A stretch of 62,014 nucleotides of DNA, filler included, from 12 parts of 12 records of this genome joined end to end with filler, not necessarily neighbours in it; one strand, 5' to 3'. Counted from the whole stretch's first letter, positions 46,470 through 58,203 are shown. Program-made: numbers and translations. The notes: generated by a model not told the origin, from the sequence alone.

Positions 46470-49400
46470 TCAAATCCGCGTAGTCTCGGTCTCGAGCGGA
46501 TTGATCGGAACCGTGATAGAAGTGCAAACGTACTCAGCGGGCGAACCGTCCCACCGAGTGCTCGATGGCAAGTTCTCGGCCTTCATTAGGAGTGAGAGGT
46601 GTCCGACAACCACTCTATCGCCAATAGTCGTGAACGCAAGGAGCGAGGTGTCCACCCCAATGCTGCAATCGTCTCCGATCACAATAGGAGCAAACTGCAG
46701 CATGCCTCGGTCGTTTGCGTGCGGGACAAAGGTCCTGCCCATCCCCGTGAGCAATGGCCACAGCTGTAGGCGCACTGTCTGGCCAATTGAATGGCACAGT
46801 TGTCCCCAATTGAGATCACGTCGAGTTCAGCAGGAAGGAGACTGTCATAGAAGACTCCCGAACCGACACTCGCGCCCATTGTTCGCATCCACCCAGGCAG
46901 AATACATGTGCCCTGTCACGTCACAAGTCACATTTGATCATGGTGCAGGCGCACCTGAAACAGCCATAGCATAGTTTCGTTGACAGTTTGCATCACGCTG
47001 CTAAACAGGGCCCAAGCGAGAAACTTCAAAGAGAAGAATGGGGTGCGCCCACTGAACGTTCGACAGCAGAACGCCTTGAGCACGGAGATGATCCCGAGCA
47101 ATATGGCCAGGCTGCCAATTAGTCCTATAGCGAAAGAAACAAGCAAGCTCAAGAGAAACAGCATGGTGCATCCAGGCCCGTCCCCACAGCTGTCCGCTCC
47201 TATCGCTTCACTGATCAGTTTGGCTAGCAGTTGAATCCCTATGGCGAATCCTCCAAACGCCAGTAACGAGAGCGGAGATGCCAGAGCGAGGATTGCCTTC
47301 GTAAATGTGGGGTAGACGCCTTGCACTTGCACCTCGGAATCTTCGGTCCCCTCACCATGGACAAGCTCTTGCAACCGGCGTGTCTCACTCTCATCCTGCA
47401 TGGCTGTACGGCCTCGACCAATCAGAATCGGGGGTGAGCCGATCCACGTTTCGGTGTCTTGCACTGTTTGAGAGATGAGGCCAGTCATTGTGCCTACCTG
47501 AGAAAAGTCACCGAAAACACTGTTTGGACCGATGATAACAGAGTTTCCGAGGATCGCCGTATCGCCCACCTTAATCGCGCCGAAGCGAATCGAGCTGCCC
47601 CCTACCCCGTCGTGCAGCCCTGCCTGCAGAGCCGAGGTGAACATGATGCAGTCGCCTCCGACAAAGCAGCCGCTCCCTATTTCAACCATGTCCAGTCCAC
47701 TACAGAAGCAAGGACCAGCTATGTAGTTTTCCTTGCCAATTCGCACACCGAGCAGCCTCAGAAAAAGGATTTGGGTCAGAGTCTCATCCAACAAAGACAT
47801 TATTGCAAGCTGGGTGCCCATATTCAACAGCATAACGTCGACCATCCATGTACGGCAGAAACTGCATGCTGTGATTTCATAGTCGCCTGGTTCATGTCTG
47901 GGACCGAATGTCCACTTCACCAAAACAGTCATGATTAGGAAGAACAGTAGTATTGGTATGAGCACGAACGTGATGATTATGGTGTTAGACCAGAACTCGC
48001 CTATTGCGCTACTGAGAGCTTTCCGTCCTTCTAACATTGCATATAGTACACAAGCGATGAGTGCGCAGATGAGCAGAACTTCGAAAAACTGTATGGTGCG
48101 CGCAGCCCAGGATAGCGGCGGGCTATGGCCTGTGGTCTTGCAGGATTCCACCAGAACGGGTGGGCAGCCAGCCCAGACCTGGTTGGGGGCCATCTTTGTG
48201 GTGTCCATCTCCATTCCCATTCGAGTCAGGGGATACAAGGTTAGGTCTTCGCTCAGCTGCGCGCCCATCGCAACGAAGCATCGTGGGCCTAGCTTGCAGC
48301 CCGACCCAATTCGCATAGGCGTGGCGATGATCAGGTCAAACTCGACCGTGTGCGCAATCAAAGCACATCCTTCGTCAAAGTCTGCGTTGCACCCAACCTG
48401 GACCAGAAAACTCAGCTCTTGGGCTCACTTCTTATATATTCGAACCTCTATCAAGTCGTGATCCTGAACTTGCGCACCCGAGAAGTTTGTTCCTGAGCCG
48501 ATAGTGGCTCCAAGGAGATTATAAAACAGGCTCGGGGCTGGGGTTCTTCGGAGGAAGCTCAGGACTAGTATGACCGGAAGTCCGTTGGTGATGTGACAAA
48601 TGATCCACCACCGAATAAAGAACCAACCGTGCATCCGCCTATTGCCTGGTCGCTGCTTACACAGGATTAGCCACTTGAGCAGCACCACGCAGCAGCACAT
48701 CAGTAAGAGCAGGGCGAGCAGCACGACCGGGGCCACTGCTGCCACCACATACAGGTCCACCACATCGATCAGGAAAAGCACGCCAAAAACCACAGACCCA
48801 ATCGGCAAGCCGGTGGTAACAGAGACTGCGAAGCTCATCCCGATAATCTGACACGCACGGCTCAATCCCCACCCGGGCCTGCTCTCGGCTGCCTGGAGCG
48901 TTGTCTCTATGCACACGTTCACCCTCCCCTCGCCCGGCACGCTAGGCTCTTGTGCAATCTGGGGCTTTGGGCTCAACGGAGCCTCCTCTTCCAAACTAGG
49001 TCCATCTTTGTCGGGCTTTGGCTGCAGCCCCGGCATAACCGCGTGGTCCGGCGGCGCGTCCTCCTGCTCCTCGCGCTTCCCCGGCACAGTGCGTGCGAGC
49101 GCCACTCGTGCTTCCGCAGGTTGAGCCAGGAACTCGGCCAGTTCACCGAGCCTGGTGTGGCTGTACAGCTCCCGGACCTGCCAGCCGGGTGCCCTCCGGC
49201 AGCGACCCCGACGCACCGACGCGCTTGGGTAGCCGCCCTTGCGGATGGTGTTCACCAGCATCACAGCAGTGAGCGAAGTGCCACCTATAGCTAAGAAGTC
49301 GTCCTGCGGGCCAGGGTCAGCGCTCAGGCCGAGCTTCTTGACCGCAGACAGGACTGCCCGCCCGGTCAGCCTGCAGCTGCAGCGAGCGGGGCGCCTGTGC

Positions 49401-49728
49401 TGAGCGCCTGGAGCACCTCGGGATCCTCGATCGCGCACGAGCTGGCGGCGGCCGGCCCGGGCTTGTTCTGAGTATCGGGCTGTTCAGCGAGGGGGTTTGG
49501 AGAGATCAGGCTGACGTCCTCCGGAGGCACCAGCAGCCCGCACTTGGGGGCGGCTTGAAAGTACCGCTGGCCTTTGATCGTCCCGTCGTTCTTTCCGCGC
49601 GGCTGGTCCAGCTCCACCCCGACGAACATGCCCTCTTTGTAGTGCACCGTCCCGAGGTAGCGCACCGTCCCGTGCAGGCGGTCGTCCACCTGCACGCGCG
49701 CACCCAGCGCCAGCGCCTCGGTCGTCAT
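46470..49728 (-). CDS. CAP-Gly + phosphopantetheine carrier + Pls-type (NRPS terminal) membrane/LbH protein lacking an adenylation domain (~1000 aa, at least 6 introns)
   Basis: CAP-Gly GVELDQPRGKNDGTIKGQRYF. Carrier domain DDFLAIGGTSLTA...VRELYSHTRLGELAEFL. Three TM-pair + hexapeptide blocks end in LSLLMKAENLPSSTRWDGSPA. Confidence 0.85.
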
Positions 49729-49750
49729 GCTGCTCAGCCCAGCCTACTCC

Positions 49751-50338
49751 ATGCATTCATCGCCAAAGCTTGCAGGTCAAGATTCGTTCTCAGTCCCAAC
49801 GGCTGCACAGCCCAAGAGCTTCAGGAGGGACGCTGCGCGGAGCCCACGAAGCCCTGGAGGTCCCGGGGCTGGCCGAGCGGCTGGCCGAGCTGGAGCTCCG
49901 GCTGCAGCTGGCCGAGGCCCAGCTGCCCCGGCGGCCGTTTGTCCCCGCTGACTACCGGAGCGCTGGCTGCGACGCCCACAAGTGCCGGCACGAGGGCTTC
50001 TCGGCCCGGGACTGCCGAGTGGCGGGATACTCGGCGGCCGAGTGCTGGGCGGCCGGATACTCGTCCAGGGACTGCCGGGCGGCCGGGTTTGGGGTCGCCG
50101 AGTGCCTGGAGGCAGGGGCTGTGGCTAGCGCGCGCGACTGCCGAGTGGCCGGGTGAGCCCGGCACCGGAAGCACGGCAGACCGCGGGGGGGGGGGGCAGG
50201 TTCGGAGCGGTGGACTGCCGAGTGGCCGGGTTTAGCGCGGGCGACTGCAACGAGGCTGGTTACAGCGTGCAGGACTGCCGGGACGGGGGCTATTCAGCCA
50301 AGGAGTGTAGGGTGGGAGGATTTGAACACTGGGGCTGA
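49751..50338 (+). CDS. Small protein with Cys-containing 10-aa repeats (AG[FY]SAx[DE]CRx)
   Basis: GFSARDCRVAGYSAAECWAAGYSSRDCRAAGFGVAECLEAG, continued after intron 50153-50199. The start codon is inferred via a putative intron at ~49776-49824. Confidence 0.6.
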
Positions 50339-50691
50339 TTAGCGTGCACTGCAAGCTCGATGAAGGGGCTCTGGGCGGATGGATTCTGTAGCTACACTAG
50401 GCCGACTAGGCCATTGTCAAGTAGGGAGTAGGCAATGACGTAAATCTGCACGGCAGTGCTATTCTTGCGCTCAGTTTGTATCAGTCTCGAGCAGTCTCGA
50501 GGTGAGCAAAATTACGTACAATAACACAACACAACAACACAACGACACAATAGAATTTTGTAGGTTCCTTTAATGTGATTGAACAGCGTGTTCTTAAAAT
50601 TATGTACAAGTAGAAGCTAGGCCCGAATGATTCGGCTAGTAGCTCTACAAGATGCATGATGTAAACTTTTTGCACATCCCCGACCCATGTG

Positions 50692-51587
50692 CTACCTCCG
50701 TAGAGGCCTCAATTGTGTGTCAGTCTCCTCTGCCCACGTCTCAGTGGCGTCATTTAACACCTCCTTCTCGTAGGACGTGAGCCTGGTTTGTTTCTTTGTA
50801 ATGTCGTTGACCAGGTCACTATCCTGCAGCTGTTTATCTAGCTGCGCCTGGTACGGAGCTGGTCTTGCGCGTGAGGGCGAGCTTCGGGGAGGCGACTGTG
50901 ACCGAGCCCTGTTCCCTGCTACTTCAGGCGACCCTGCGTTGACTCTCCCACCACCAGCCTGCCAGTTGAGCACCAATACTTCAGTACACGGATCCGAGCA
51001 CAATAATTGAAGCACAATTACTGGTCGGGGTGTACTGCATTAGTGGCACTCAACCTGCTCTAGTATTTGGGATCTAGGTCAGGGTTAGGGTTAGTGTGGC
51101 GCTGCACCTGTTCTGGTGTCTTGGATCTACCCCTTGGTTGAGTTGGCGTTGCTTGTCCGAGCCTTCGTAGGATAGCGCTCTCCTTGGATCCGTTGGCTCT
51201 GTCATGTTCTCTGTCTGCTCCCAGAGTCCGGCTCTGCGCAGAATTGCGGTGCTTTGGCGAAGCCCCAGCTGACCTTCAGGATTAAACACCAAGAATTCAG
51301 AACCAGGTCTCAAAACCCGCTAAATCGGGTTTTGCAAAACAAGTTCTGGATTGCTGGGGTTCAGTCCAAACAGCAGATAGCCCCAAGGGACGGACTATAA
51401 TATAACTAGACATTTAGATGACAAGTGGATAGCTACCTGGCTGCGTTGGGGCTGAACCGTCGTGTCGGCGCACGCTGCAGTGCCTGTAATCGCATCACTA
51501 GATTATCCGAATCGTCAAGCTGTTTTTTCAGTTGTTGGTTCTTGCTTTCCAGCTCGACAGCATTGTTGTCCCGCCCATGTTGCATTT
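50692..51587 (-). CDS. Hypothetical gene, 3' fragment
   Basis: Coding-like pieces 50692-51015 and 51074-51313, with a coiled-coil-like start at the contig edge. Confidence 0.3.
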
Positions 51588-51687
51588 NNNNNNNNNNNNN
51601 NNNNNNNNNNNNNNNNNNNNNNNNNNNNNNNTTAATTAATTAANNNNNNNNNNNNNNNNNNNNNNNNNNNNNNNNNNNNNNNNNNNN
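51588..51687. other. Artificial contig linker
   Basis: N44-TTAATTAATTAA-N44. Confidence 0.98.
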
Positions 51688-51872
51688 GCAACGTCAATGT
51701 GTAAGTCTAGCGATAAAATAATTATTGTTATGTACTGTACACAACATACACAACATTATTCCTCGAGATCTACGTACCGTATATCCTGAAGATGTGCCGG
51801 GTGACCGACATTGCTTTAGTTAATTACCGAGTTTCTGGATCCACTGTTAATCCACTGTGGTCCCCGCCTCAA

Positions 51873-52751
51873 TCATGCAATCAGACTTAGTTGGTCCGCT
51901 TTAGCAAAGTACACCACGAGCTGCAAATGGAGTACAGCAACAGCAATTGCGCCCACTGCAAACCACTCCCCCATGTAGCCTTCCCGTACCATATACAACA
52001 CAACACAAACCAGGTAGAGCAGAGCGGCAGACCATCGAGTCAGCCTACAGAGCCAGATTGCTAGAGCAGACCACTGCTCGAGCGGCTTTTCTCGGACAGA
52101 TGCCGGCTGCTCGAGCTCCTCTGGTTGGGTATCAGGCAAACAGCTGCTCTCGCAGCGAGCGCTGCAGTTGAGGATACAGACAAGCACGAACCCTCCTCCG
52201 AAGAAGAAGGCCGCTCCTATTCCATGGAGGACAACCACCCAGCACATTTGGAAAATAGCCAGCGTTGCGAGCCCAAACGCTGTTGCGGCGAGCGAGATAG
52301 AGATAGCTATCGACGCCGACCAGCGGGGGCAGCAACAGCAGCGGCCGAAGCTCAGTGGACGCTCCTGGAACAACAGTGGGCAGCCCATGAGGCAGAGCAG
52401 TCCAGTGACGGTCATGCCCGCACCCGATATGGCCCACTCAGCGTGGCAACACATCTGGTTACTGATCTGATGCCCGTAGTCGTCGCGCGCCTTCCGCTCG
52501 TCGTGGCAGCCGCCTTGTGTATAGTACACAATCTCCATCGCCAGCACCGTGGCAGAGCCCACGACGATCCCCCAAAGCAGCCAGTACCGATGGCCGGCCA
52601 GCCGCTCGAACCAGCCTCGCTCCGCCAGCCCTGGCTCGGCCTCCACTTCAACGGCCTGCACCTCGGACAGGGCGGCTGCCGACTTGCTCGGCTCCGCGGA
52701 CCAGGCGCCGCTAAGCTCACCATGCACCGCCTCCCCTCGTTCCTCTGACAT
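51873..52751 (-). CDS. Multi-pass membrane protein, Frag1/DRAM/Sfk1-like
   Basis: About 6 hydrophobic helices, with LHGIGAAFFFGG and the terminal-helix EW motif. Confidence 0.55.
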   Translation of the reverse strand: MSEERGEAVHGELSGAWSAEPSKSAAALSEVQAVEVEAEPGLAERGWFERLAGHRYWLLWGIVVGSATVLAMEIVYYTQGGCHDERKARDDYGHQISNQMCCHAEWAISGAGMTVTGLLCLMGCPLLFQERPLSFGRCCCCPRWSASIAISISLAATAFGLATLAIFQMCWVVVLHGIGAAFFFGGGFVLVCILNCSARCESSCLPDTQPEELEQPASVREKPLEQWSALAIWLCRLTRWSAALLYLVCVVLYMVREGYMGEWFAVGAIAVAVLHLQLVVYFAKADQLSLIA

Positions 52752-52864
52752 TCGGCGGATTCCGCGCGGTTTCTTCCGGCCACACCGATTGATCATTGAT
52801 GAGACGGGCCAGAATCGAATAATACATTGATGTGAAGCAAGGCTATATAGATGAGTCTTTAGTT

Positions 52865-53743
52865 TTAACAACTAAGCAAGTACGATTGCCAGCTCTGTGC
52901 CTGCTGGTCCACCTCGGTGTTGTCTGAGAACGTATACGAATGTTGGCCCTCAGGCGTTAGTGTGTCAATCTCGAACGTGATCGACTTACAGCGCGGACTT
53001 TCTGCCAGGCAAAAGTGCTTCGCCTCCGGCAGCGAGCTCATATTCCGGGCATCGATTTGTCCGCCGACCACTCGGCCTGGCTTGTGCTCGAAGTTGCTGC
53101 CATCGCCGCTCGCATTCCCCAAAAAGTTCAGCTCGCCCAGCGCCCCGCCGGCCTCCTTCCAAGCCATCGGGTGCTGCGCCGCCCACTGGCGCAGCTTGAG
53201 CTCCTCCAAGCACACAGTCCGCTCCCGGTAGAGCGTATCGAACCGGTCGGCCTCCAGCTTCATCTTAGCCTCGGCCTTTTGCTCAGACTCGCGCTGGGCC
53301 TTGTAGCCGAGCAGCTGGTTCTCGGTCTTCTCCAGCTCCTCGAGCCCAGCACGCTCTTCGTCGAGCGCCGCCTGCAGCTGGTCGTCCGCCTGCTCAAGGT
53401 CGGCTTCGGCCGCCGTCTCCTTGTCAAGCGACCGGACGGTGGCGTTGGCCTGCCGCCAGAAGCGCTGCCGCTCGGCCGAGAGTGCCTGACGACCCGCCTG
53501 CAGCTTGCTCGCCCCGGCGGAGGACTGGTCGAGCAGGTAGAGCCCCAGGCAGATCAGCAGGTATACACCGAGCGCTGCCACTCCCGCCAGGAGCAGCCAG
53601 CGCCAGAGCCCTGGCGGTAGGATACGCTGGGCCGGGCGGCGCGGCTGGGCCCGCGGGCTGCTGCTGCGTGGGCTGTAGCCCGGCTCGCCCAGCCGAATCA
53701 ACACCGGGGTGCTCTCATCCACCTCGTCTTCGGCGAGCTCCAT
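52865..53743 (-). CDS. Type II membrane coiled-coil protein with a small Cys-containing C-terminal module
   Basis: One TM (WLLLAGVAALGVYLLICLGLYLL), a Glu-rich coiled coil and EAKHFCLAESPRCKSITF. Confidence 0.6.
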   Translation of the reverse strand: MELAEDEVDESTPVLIRLGEPGYSPRSSSPRAQPRRPAQRILPPGLWRWLLLAGVAALGVYLLICLGLYLLDQSSAGASKLQAGRQALSAERQRFWRQANATVRSLDKETAAEADLEQADDQLQAALDEERAGLEELEKTENQLLGYKAQRESEQKAEAKMKLEADRFDTLYRERTVCLEELKLRQWAAQHPMAWKEAGGALGELNFLGNASGDGSNFEHKPGRVVGGQIDARNMSSLPEAKHFCLAESPRCKSITFEIDTLTPEGQHSYTFSDNTEVDQQAQSWQSYLLSC

Positions 53744-53871
53744 CCTGTCGCCCGCAGGCGTTCGATGCACACCAGAGAGGCGCAAACGGCTGATTTTTTC
53801 ATTCTTGCAAACGGCGATGCATGGCGCTCTGAATAGCCTCGCGGGTTGGCGCTGAGAGAGCAGGCCGCGTG

Positions 53872-56800
53872 ATGGTGGGTCGGCCGCCAGACCCGCGGTG
53901 CGCTGCCGCCCGCTGCGCCTCCCTCACCGCCGCTGCTGCAGCCCACTCCCGCCGCTCCCAGCCAGCCCGACTGACCAGGTTGGCCGTAACCGCCGCGCTG
54001 CATAACTGGGCCGCAGGCGTTCGACGCGATGGACACCAACAGCGACGTGGGGGCGGGCCTGGGGCTGGCCGACTGTCGGGCGCAGGGCGTGATCGACTAC
54101 GGCGAGTTCGTTGCCGCTCATCGCAAGCCGTACGACCGCACCGCACCTGCTGACCCGGTGCCTCTCTCACGGTCAGCCGGCCGCTCACCTCGCGGGACAG
54201 AACTACGCGTCGCCGTCCGGGCCGCGCGGCGGGGAGGTGCCCCCATCCGGCTGGCAGCTGCCCATCCGGCCCGGACAGAGCGTGTCACCCCAAGGTCGGC
54301 GGAGCCCGATGCGCACTGGCTTCGGATTGCCCAGCGACCAGTTCGCCGCGTTTGGTCGGCCGGCCAAGGTGCTGCACAGGGCTGAAGCCGAGCAGGAGCT
54401 GTCAGCCAAGGGGTGCGCCGGCCCGCGGGCCGGGCGATCGACAGAATGCAGGTACGAGGCTGTTCCTAGCAAGTGGCGATACCCTACCAACGACTGGTCC
54501 GAGGAGCTCCACCAGCACCCGCACGGGAACGACCAGCGGGGCAAGCAGATCGAGGCCATCTTCCACGCCCGCCACCCGTCCCCGGAGCCGGCGGACGAGC
54601 CGGATGCGGGTGAGAATTCGAGCAGTGCACGGGACGGGCCGGGTGGGCCGCTGGCTGCCAAGAGTATGGCCCCGGAGCGGGTGATGCGACGCGTGCACGA
54701 CTGGGAAGGGCAGCATAACCTGAGCTCCGAGCGACACCACCAGGTGGGCGGCTGCGCGGCACTGTTTTAAGCTCGGGCACAGGTGATGGTAGGGCAATTA
54801 CTGCCCAGGACAGCCAATCCTATGGCCTCCCAAGAGTGGGAGCGCGCCCCGGCCGAGGCGCTAATGGAGCTGCCCATCCCGCCGCTCGGCCAGTCCAGAG
54901 AGGATGGGAGCCCGACCCGCTGGCGGCTGGCTGGCGTGGACCACGTGGGCCCGGAGCCAGTCCACAGCTTCTTCCTGTGGATGCAGCTCCAGATTGGAAC
55001 GCAGAACCAGCTCGGACAGGCCCGTCGCGGGATCGCCGAGTGGCTCGAGTTGCAGCCCGAGTGCGTCGAGCTCTCAGTGTCGCGGGCCCGGGCGGCCCAG
55101 CTGCCAGGCGCGGGGACGGCTGCAGACGTGCGGATCATGGTGCCGACCCTGCCAGCCTCGGTGCCGCGGTCTCTTGCCCAGCGGTGAGTCGCCGACCGGT
55201 GGTGGGCTGAGCGCGGGCGCAGGCTGGAGGCGCTCAGGCAAGCGGTGCTCGGAGGAGGGCTCGAGCTGGGTGGTGTGGCGGTGACTAAAGTATCGCAAAT
55301 CCAGGAGATGGCGAGCTCCGCCGCTGCTGGGGTCCCTCGGCGCGTCAGAGAGGCAGCGGCACCGCTCAGTGTCAAGACCGGAGAGGAAGGGCACGCGTGG
55401 CGTGAATTCGAGCGGTTTGTCTCCAAGCCAGCAGTGCCAGACTCTCGCCCGCTGTCGCATCAGGTGCTCTGTGCCAACAACTTGGCCATTCAGTGCGGGG
55501 CAGGCTGTGCAGGGCTGGATGCACTACCACGCTGTCGAGAGGCGAGTGCTGCACGCTGCGTCGCAGCGCTGGAGGGTCACTGCGCTCAAAAAGTGCAACA
55601 GCTCCCTGGTCGCTGGCTCACTTGGCTGGGCAGGAATTTTAATGGATGGCGCAATGCGCAGTTCACCAAGGCGACCACCTGGTTTAGATCGGTGCTCCAA
55701 CTCAGAATCACACGCTCCAGGCTGTGGCGTCACTGGCGGTGCACTGCTGCGGAGCTCAAGCACACACGAGGCAATATGCGCACTGCGCTCCGCCGAATCA
55801 CGACTGACGTCGCGCGGTCGGCGCTGAATGTGTGGCGGCTGGGCCGGGCGCAGGGCACATATAAGCAGAAGATGGTGGGTGCTGCGGTGCTGCAGTGGGC
55901 AACGGGCCGAGTGGCGTTCGCTCTCTCTGCCCTTAAGTCGGACTCGTCAGTGTCGCGGCATACCAACAACCGGCTGGTGGCTGCTGTGCGGACGCTGAAA
56001 TACAGGCAGCAGACCATTGCGCTGCAGCAGTGGTGGGCACTCAAGCTTAGGAGTTCGAGGCTCGAAAGTGTAGCTAAACGGGCAATGAGGCGGATCATGC
56101 TGCGTGGGGTGAGCAAGGCTTGGGTCAGCTGGCTGGATTCAGCTCGCGAGCAGGGGAGAATGAAACGGGCGATGCGTGCGTGTGTACTGAGATTGATCAA
56201 CCGTGAGATGAGCAAAGCATTCTACACATGGCGGGTCGCAGTTGCCACACACCACCGAATTCTACTGCTGGGTAAGAAGGTCCTAGTGCGGATGCTACAA
56301 GGGGCGCTTGTTCGGGCTTTAGGTACATGGCGAGCCAACACCACCCAGAATGAAGCGCTGAAGACCGTACGGCAGGCCGTGATGCGGATGCTAAACTCCA
56401 AGCTGACTGCCGCCTTCAATACCTGGAGGGAGCATGCATCGCAACAGAAGGATGAATTACTGAAGGTCGGCGGGGCGTTGCGTCGATTGGTAAGCCAGGC
56501 GCTCTGTGCGGGCTGGAACACATGGCGCACCAATGCTAGCGATCGTAAAGCACAGGAGAAGGCCGTACGGAGGGGGCTGATGCGAATAGTCAATGCCAAG
56601 CTGGCGGCTTGCTTTGGTACGTGGAGGGAAAACGCAGCCCAGCTGATAGAGGAGACGCGGATACTTGGGGGTGCTGTCCGTCGCCTGCTGAATCATGCGC
56701 TATCAGGGGCCTGGAACACTTTGTGGGAAAATACAGTAGGCGCCAAGCAGCAGGGACAAGCGCTCCGTAGAGGGCTGATGCGGATGTTTCAAGGCAACCT

Positions 56801-58067
56801 TGGCGCTGGCTTCAACAGTTGGAGGGAGAATGCGGCCCAGCAGGCTTATGAAATTCACACCATGGGCGGAGCTATCCGCAGACTGGTAAATCGTCTGCTC
56901 TCTGCAGCATGGGAACAATGGCAAGGGACTGCATCTGGAAACCGTAAGGGGAGGCAACAGCTCAACCATGCCGCCTGCAACCTGGCCAATCGGCTGCTAG
57001 GAATGGCCTGGCGTACTTGGCAGGAGAATGCCAACGAGCTGAGAGAGTATCAAGCTAGAATCATGTCAGTGGTGCGCAAGTGGCAGTCGCGTGACGTGTT
57101 CCGCGCATTTGACACCTGGCGTGAGACGGCTGAGGAGGCCAGAATGACCTCGCTGGGGCTGGCCACAGCACATTGGGCTGTGCGGGCTACTGTGACTGCG
57201 TTCATGTCCTGGCGGATCCTTGCGGCTCAGACGATGGTGGTCACAGGCTGGTGGGGCCAGAACGGGGTCAAATCAGCATTTGGCAAATGGAACACCAGGG
57301 CTGGGTCGCTGCACCTGTTCGATCCGACTATGCATCTGATGGGTGGTGACCCAGAGGTTAAGAGCGCGTATACCGGCTGGCTCTCAACCTTGCGGTTTGG
57401 CCGCGAGCGAGGGCTGCTGGTGATGTGGGCCGCTGTCTGGTGGTCCATCACCCAGCTGCGAGTCAACCTTGTTCGGTGGGTGTGTGCTGCCAGGAATCAC
57501 TCGGACGCCGGCCAGATAATCACTTATGCTGCTCGGTTCTGGGCTGACCGCCAGATGCACGCTTGCTTGTATGCTTGGCGCATCTGGGCACGGCCTCTAG
57601 GAGAAGTTGGCCGGCTGTCAATCATTGCGCAGGGCAAGAGCCACAAGCATGATCGGACCAAGCTCAGCGATGCGATGCGACAGTGGCGCTGGCACGCGGC
57701 TGGGAGCGAGATGGAGAGGCTCGCCGAAACGCGAGTCCAGCAATACGGGATGCTGCGCCCCCAGAGGGTGGCCGCTTTCCGACAGTGGCGAGTGTCAATC
57801 AGGAATGCTGCAAGAGTGCAGAAGTCACTGGCCAAGTTAGAGGGGAACAACATCTCCAAGCTGCCAAACTGGGCCAAGCACCGACTCAACTGGGGGCTGG
57901 AGGTTTGGCGCAAGAGGGCGCCTCGTGGGGTGGGCGGGCTGGCCTACTCATCGGCCACCCTTGCGGCGGGAGAAAGGTCAGACTGGGCGGATACAATGTC
58001 CCAGTTTTATCTCGGGCTGCGGTCGCCGGCTGCTTACCGGCGGATGACGCGCAGGTCCAATAAGTAA
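53872..58067 (+). CDS. Large Sfi1-like (centrin-binding-type) 33-aa repeat protein with N-terminal EF-hand, multi-exon
   Basis: Spliced EF-hand AFDAMDTNSDGVIDYGEFV. Small introns near 54744-54782 and 55184-55222 link the ORFs into 55245-58067, which has 33-aa periodic L..A[FW]..W repeats. The start is approximate. Confidence 0.7.
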
Positions 58068-58103
58068 GGGGGTAAAGTACATGTAGGGGCGTGCTGCTTA
58101 GTT

Positions 58104-58203
58104 NNNNNNNNNNNNNNNNNNNNNNNNNNNNNNNNNNNNNNNNNNNNTTAATTAATTAANNNNNNNNNNNNNNNNNNNNNNNNNNNNNNNNNNNNNNNNN
58201 NNN
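58104..58203. other. Artificial contig linker
   Basis: N44-TTAATTAATTAA-N44. Confidence 0.98.

Noticed and set aside
51074-51096. Telomere-like TCAGGGTTAGGGTTAG
   Set aside because: Only ~2.5 units, internal, and probably at the 3' end of an intron (CTAAC/CTGAC branch-like on the minus strand). It is too short to call telomeric.
42096-51587. Apparent biosynthetic cluster of sulfatase + SET + Pls-like NRPS
   Set aside because: The sulfatase/SET contig and the Pls-like contig are separated by a linker (46302-46401), so the adjacency is artefactual.
7514-58203. Eleven identical TTAATTAATTAA sequences at semi-regular spacing, resembling a repeat family or array
   Set aside because: Each is centred in N44 pads and totals 100 nt. 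This is an artificial six-frame-stop contig linker, not biology.
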